Assembly: GCF_023055435.1 (NCBI RefSeq)
Contig: NW_025964360.1
Coordinates: 496,001-560,000, forward strand
Length of the DNA stretch: 64,000 nt
Source of the DNA: Haliotis rufescens
Lineage: Eukaryota
Direction: 5' to 3'
Shown: positions 59,290 to 64,000 of the stretch, piece after piece
Layout: each line of letters begins with the position of its first letter
How positions within the stretch are numbered: position 1 is the first letter of the stretch
Notes under the pieces: model-generated
Seen by the model: only the letters and a program-made list of their open reading frames with translations
The model's database searches: none
Told to the model about the DNA's origin: nothing
Position numbers and translations under genes: made by a program

Positions 59290-61284
59290 ATGACCCTGCT
59301 GACCCTGATGTACCTCTCCATGATGCTCACGACCTGTTGCTTCACACAGAGCACTGTCAAGCAGATAAAGGAAAACATGAAATCTTATGCCAAGGGCTAT
59401 GTTATCCAATACTATGTGCCTTATGTTAAAACACAACCTGATGAGGATAAAATGAAGCTCTTGAAACATCTAGACGAAAACCTGCTACTTATTACCGGTA
59501 CGGAGAACAAGGAGGTGGTCGATCGGAAAGACACACTGGCAAAGAGTAGAAATATAGTTTCTAGAGATGTAGAAGATATAATTGGAAAAAAAATCAGAAG
59601 TTTGTCTGCTAAGGTTGAAAGTAACGATGGATTGCTTGTCGATATAAAGAATCAGATGAAGTCAGTTTCTAGAGATGTGGAGGAAAGTCTGGAAGATAAG
59701 GTCAGACGTTTGTCTGACAAGGCTGACAATGACGGTCTCATGATTATAATACAGAATCTGATGAAGGCAGTTTCCAGAGATGTGGAGGAAAGTCTGGAAG
59801 ATAAGGTCAGACGTTTGTCCGACAAGGCTGACAATGACGGTCTCATGAGTATCACAAAGGATCTGATGAAGGCAGTTTCCAGAGATGTGGAGGAAAGTCT
59901 GGAAGATAAGGTCAGACGTTTGTCTGACAAGGCTGACAATGACGGTCTCATGATTATAATACAGGATCTGATGAAGGCAGTTTCCAGAGATGTGGAGGAA
60001 AGTCTGGAAGATAAGGTCAGACGTTTGTCTGACAAGGCTGACAATGACGGTCTCATGATTATAATACAGAATCTGATGAAGGCAGTTTCCAGAGATGTGG
60101 AGGAAAGTCTCAGAAACGCCACTGAAGCGATCGACGGTCAACTACACAAAGATATATCTGATGATGCTCAACTATATACTTTGCTGAAAGAAACATTGTT
60201 GCCATGGCTTCGATATAATGATGAACACGATAATATACAACTTCACAACCTTGACTTGGATAATCTGATTAATTGGCTGACACTGGTGCACAACTCAAGG
60301 AGAAACATCAGCACAAAAGAGGAATCCTTTTACCAACATTGGAACACATCCCTGCCTATCTTGAGTGATACTTTCTTGTTCGCTGATACCATCAAACCAC
60401 TGTCAACATACGTATCCCTTTCTCTGATGGGCTTGACAGATCGCTTCATGAATCTCTACTGGCCTTTCCGTCGTGACATCAACCTAATGCACCAAAGATT
60501 AGCAGTCAAGGGTTTCAGGGGCACAAGCGTGTCTGACAGTGATGTCAAGGAAGCATTCTTTGATGACTTCAGAAAAGTTCAACCAATTCATCTCCCTGTA
60601 AAGAAGAATGAGATTGTTCTTGTCTTTAATGATGAGGACATAGCGGATTGGTTGAATGTCACAGGAGTTTTGTCCCTTTCACCATCCTACATGGCTTCTA
60701 AGAAACACATATTCACTGGGGAAGAGCAATGGAGGATATCAACCACTGCACATGCCGCTCTCAGGATGATCAACAACACTCATCCTGAACTCTTTGACGC
60801 AATGACACAGATGATAGCCTGCATTTCATTCTATAAACAAGAACACAAAGTAAACATAGCTGGAGGATCTCGTGCTGCCCTTGGCATGCTCTGGATGGAC
60901 CCTAGTGTTGGGAGAAAATGGAGCGTTCCCTTCATGGCTGAGCAAATAGTCCACGAGTACACCCACAACGTACTCAACTATGCAGAATTTGTCCATGGAA
61001 CCTACAACGATAAATCCACTTTGGGAAAGGCTGAGGTGAAATCGGCCATTCGTCTGGTTCCTCGTCCCTACGACAAATCCCTGCATGCAGCTTACGTGTC
61101 GGCGGGACTGGTAACCTTTCATTCCAGAACTGGCTATCTGGAAAGAGCTGCACAACTGGTTGAAACTCTTCCCCAAGCAGTGCGTGATCTGGCAACTGTT
61201 GAGGCAGACAAGCATGTGCTTGATGGGTCCGGCAGGGCAATAGTCAAGTTCCTCACTGACTACATGTACCTCACAAGACTCTGA
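59290..61284 (+). CDS. alpha-KG-HExxH-like protein, copy 4 (664 aa; one 36-aa plus four 35-aa repeats), the most divergent paralog
   Basis: Repeat unit SRDVEESLEDKVRRLSDKADNDGLMIIIQNLMKAV at 59560-60111; AGGSRAALGMLWMDP...HEYTH...RLVPRPYDKSLHAAYV; AATAAA at 61317. Confidence 0.85.
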   Translation: MTLLTLMYLSMMLTTCCFTQSTVKQIKENMKSYAKGYVIQYYVPYVKTQPDEDKMKLLKHLDENLLLITGTENKEVVDRKDTLAKSRNIVSRDVEDIIGKKIRSLSAKVESNDGLLVDIKNQMKSVSRDVEESLEDKVRRLSDKADNDGLMIIIQNLMKAVSRDVEESLEDKVRRLSDKADNDGLMSITKDLMKAVSRDVEESLEDKVRRLSDKADNDGLMIIIQDLMKAVSRDVEESLEDKVRRLSDKADNDGLMIIIQNLMKAVSRDVEESLRNATEAIDGQLHKDISDDAQLYTLLKETLLPWLRYNDEHDNIQLHNLDLDNLINWLTLVHNSRRNISTKEESFYQHWNTSLPILSDTFLFADTIKPLSTYVSLSLMGLTDRFMNLYWPFRRDINLMHQRLAVKGFRGTSVSDSDVKEAFFDDFRKVQPIHLPVKKNEIVLVFNDEDIADWLNVTGVLSLSPSYMASKKHIFTGEEQWRISTTAHAALRMINNTHPELFDAMTQMIACISFYKQEHKVNIAGGSRAALGMLWMDPSVGRKWSVPFMAEQIVHEYTHNVLNYAEFVHGTYNDKSTLGKAEVKSAIRLVPRPYDKSLHAAYVSAGLVTFHSRTGYLERAAQLVETLPQAVRDLATVEADKHVLDGSGRAIVKFLTDYMYLTRL

Positions 61285-61879
61285 ATGTTTCATCCTGGTT
61301 TCAGAGTCACTTATTCAATAAACGGTTGGAAACTGTAATTTTACATTTTTGTGATTTGTATGCAAGACCATTTCAGACGTCTGATGGTGTTTTGTTCTCA
61401 CATCCACACTGTAACCAGGAAATGAAACTTTTCACTAGATATCTTGTTCCCTATATGCTGTCCGTTTACTAGATGATACTTGATTCGGTATATCATAGCT
61501 GTTCATTATTATGCCAGCCAATGGTAGCTTTTTCTACTTTTTCTACTTATTATGTTCTGGTCAGTGCAATCATATTTACGATATTTATGCTTATTAAATG
61601 CCAACAGATGGCAATTCCGTCTTGATATTCAGTTCCTCCAAGGCAAGTATAACCAGGTAGCGACTCTCTTAATTATGAACTGACCGGTGGTTTTACAGTA
61701 TCTCAACACAAAGACCAATAAAATTAAACCTTCAATATACTGAATAACGATAAGCCTCCAATACTCTAGGTAACCCTAAATACAGCAGGTAATGTTACAT
61801 CTAGAATACATAGGAGCATGTTACTCACCATTATATTACATCACGATTACATTACGTCACCCTATATGCATAATTGAAA

Positions 61880-62215
61880 CGACCCATGAAGATCCGGGGC
61901 TCAAAAGGTCTTCAGCAACCCATGCTTGCCGTAAAAGGCTTGCTGACTTGGTTGATGCATGTCACCGTATCCCAATTGCGTGGATCGATGCTCATAATTT
62001 CAATGACAGGATTGTCTGGTCCAGACCCGATTATTTACAGATCACCGTCATATAGCCGGAATATTGCTGATTGCGGCATTATACAACAAACAAAAAATCA
62101 AACAAACATGATTTCAATCACTGGATTGTCTGGTCCAGACTCGTTTATTTACAGACGACCGTCATATAGCTCAAATATTGACGAGTGTGGCGTTAAACAA
62201 CAAACAAAGAAACAA
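61880..62215 (+). mobile_element. SINE-like family A with a duplicated 3' part
   Basis: Homology to other copies. Confidence 0.8.
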
Positions 62216-63654
62216 CATAACTGAAACAGTTTTCAAACCCTAACCCTTAAATGAAAAACATGAAAAACATGACAAACATGATCACACTACTTTTGTGAAT
62301 ATATTGCTTTTCTTGGTGCATGGTCAGTGTGCCTCGAACCTGTCGGTCACTATCAGTGACCACGTCATCGGTGTCAGCACAACACGTCCTATATCCTGCA
62401 CATTGGTCTACCCCGTAACATCCACAACTTTATTTGACCCGACGTCATGCAATTATACACACATTTGTTTTGATAAGGATATATGAACGAGACATTGTTT
62501 ACTTAATATACATATCCACATGTTCACAAATCTGAAATAATTCTTTTTTTATCTGACTACTCGGTCTCATACTTTAAATGATTTGTTTTTATCTTCCCCG
62601 CCGAACGATAATTAATGAGTTCACATAAATAAGCAATATCATAATTTTTTCCTGCAATTTCGTAAAAAAGGAACGAAAAAACGAGGTTAATCAATATTGA
62701 TCAATTATCTGATACGCAATTAAATCCATGGCCTCAAATATTTCCGACGCTGATAAATTTGTAATTCACTCAATCACTGAAGTGTATACGGGTACAATCT
62801 CAAACCCAGTGTGATACTCACACCAACACTGCATGCTCGTTAATATTCCCTTGAGAGTTAGCTCACATGTGGAGACTTCCTTAGAATATAAAATGTACAT
62901 CTTACGTCAACAATGACAATCAAATGATAGTGATTCATAACCACGTGTTTATGACATAGTCGGAACTGTACAATGGTCTCTTAGGAGACTTGTTATGATT
63001 ATGGAATATTTTGTGTCGATTTTATTGGGAATGTAGAATCATTACTTTAAGTGTGTTTTGCATGGAGTTTAAACTATCCTTTTTGTTGAACCATATTAAT
63101 GACAAATCACATATACACATGCATAAATGACTTCCTTGTTGGACTGGATTGTATGATATGAGCCAATCACATCCCTGATTTGTTATCATCATTTGTAGTT
63201 AGTAGATTTGTGGATTGCTCGACATACCCATGTATTACAATTGTTTGTAGATTTGTAGATTTATCCATGTTTTACAATTGTTCGGAGCTTCCGACTCCAG
63301 CTAAAAGGTTCTTACTCCAATGAACTCACACTAAGTAAAAAAGACATTCTTACATATCACCCGTGCAAAATAGAGTGGCCTTTACAAAATATATCAACGG
63401 AGATGACACCAATGCGTTTCTTTTAAAGCCCTTTACATAACTTGTAAGGACGGGTATGGTGCTCTCGGACCAAAGGTCGGGTCAAATGTAGAGTTTTGAA
63501 TCCGTGATCAACGGATCCTGATGGAGCAAAGGAAAGAAACTCACGGACTTTCATTATGTTGTTTCAAACCATGGTCGCGATCTTGATACCATTTAAACAT
63601 GTGTTTCAGATATGTACAAACATTCTTCATAAGGCTTCCACACTTTCAGAAAGT

Positions 63655-64000
63655 TTCTGTGGTGTACTGGATAGAGGGTCGACTCAGAGTGCGGAAGGCC
63701 GTTGGATCGATCCTCACTCGCGTCATACCCAAAAATGGTACTTGTTAACCTGCTGTAATGCCAAGCTTTAAGGGGATAAAACAAGGACTTGTTGGCTCGT
63801 AGTCAGTACACTGTGTGTGAGTGGGGTATTCATGTTATACATCAGCATGGTAACTCAGTGGGCTATCATTGTAAAACCGGCATTCGTCCTGACTAGTACA
63901 AGCAGTCACACATAGACACAGACAGACAGACGCATGCACGTATATACATAAGTAAGTTGCTTCATAAGTACAATACTCGTAAAAGGCAACGTTAAACCCC
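63655..64000 (+). mobile_element. SINE family C, diverged
   Basis: Homology to 19220-19550. Confidence 0.75.

Noticed and set aside
30710-61284. Bacterial contamination as the source of the HExxH genes
   Set aside because: The genes have spliceosomal introns, TATA and polyA signals, and are interleaved with host SINEs, LINEs and satellites.

Overview
Eukaryotic (animal) genomic DNA, AT-rich and dense in repeats. The SINE types suggest a mollusc, possibly a gastropod; this is inference only. The right half (about 29.5-62.8 kb) is a tandem array of four paralogous genes (CDS 30710-32950, 39879-42230, 48251-49936, 59290-61284). Each encodes a predicted secreted protein made of a signal peptide, 2-8 near-identical 35-37 aa repeats, and a C-terminal domain reading HEYTH...RLVPRP-YDKSLH-AAYV. 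That motif set (HExxH, then RxxxRP, then a third His) is the signature of bacterial alpha-ketoglutarate/Fe-dependent HExxH peptide beta-hydroxylases, which tailor RiPPs. Here the domain sits in ordinary animal genes (TATA box, non-coding exon 1, GT-AG intron, single intronless coding exon, AATAAA). It is a candidate horizontally acquired peptide-modifying system with enzyme and repeat precursor fused. Copy 3 lost its promoter and exon 1 through SINE-SINE recombination. The left half holds a spliced minus-strand gene for an 87-aa protein with a hydrophobic leader and a six-cysteine peptide, which the ORF track misses, and the probable first coding exon of a type II membrane protein running off the left edge. 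The rest is SINEs (tRNA- and 5S-derived), MITEs, a 5'-truncated LINE, a Tc1 remnant, Penelope-like fragments, minisatellites and one assembly gap.
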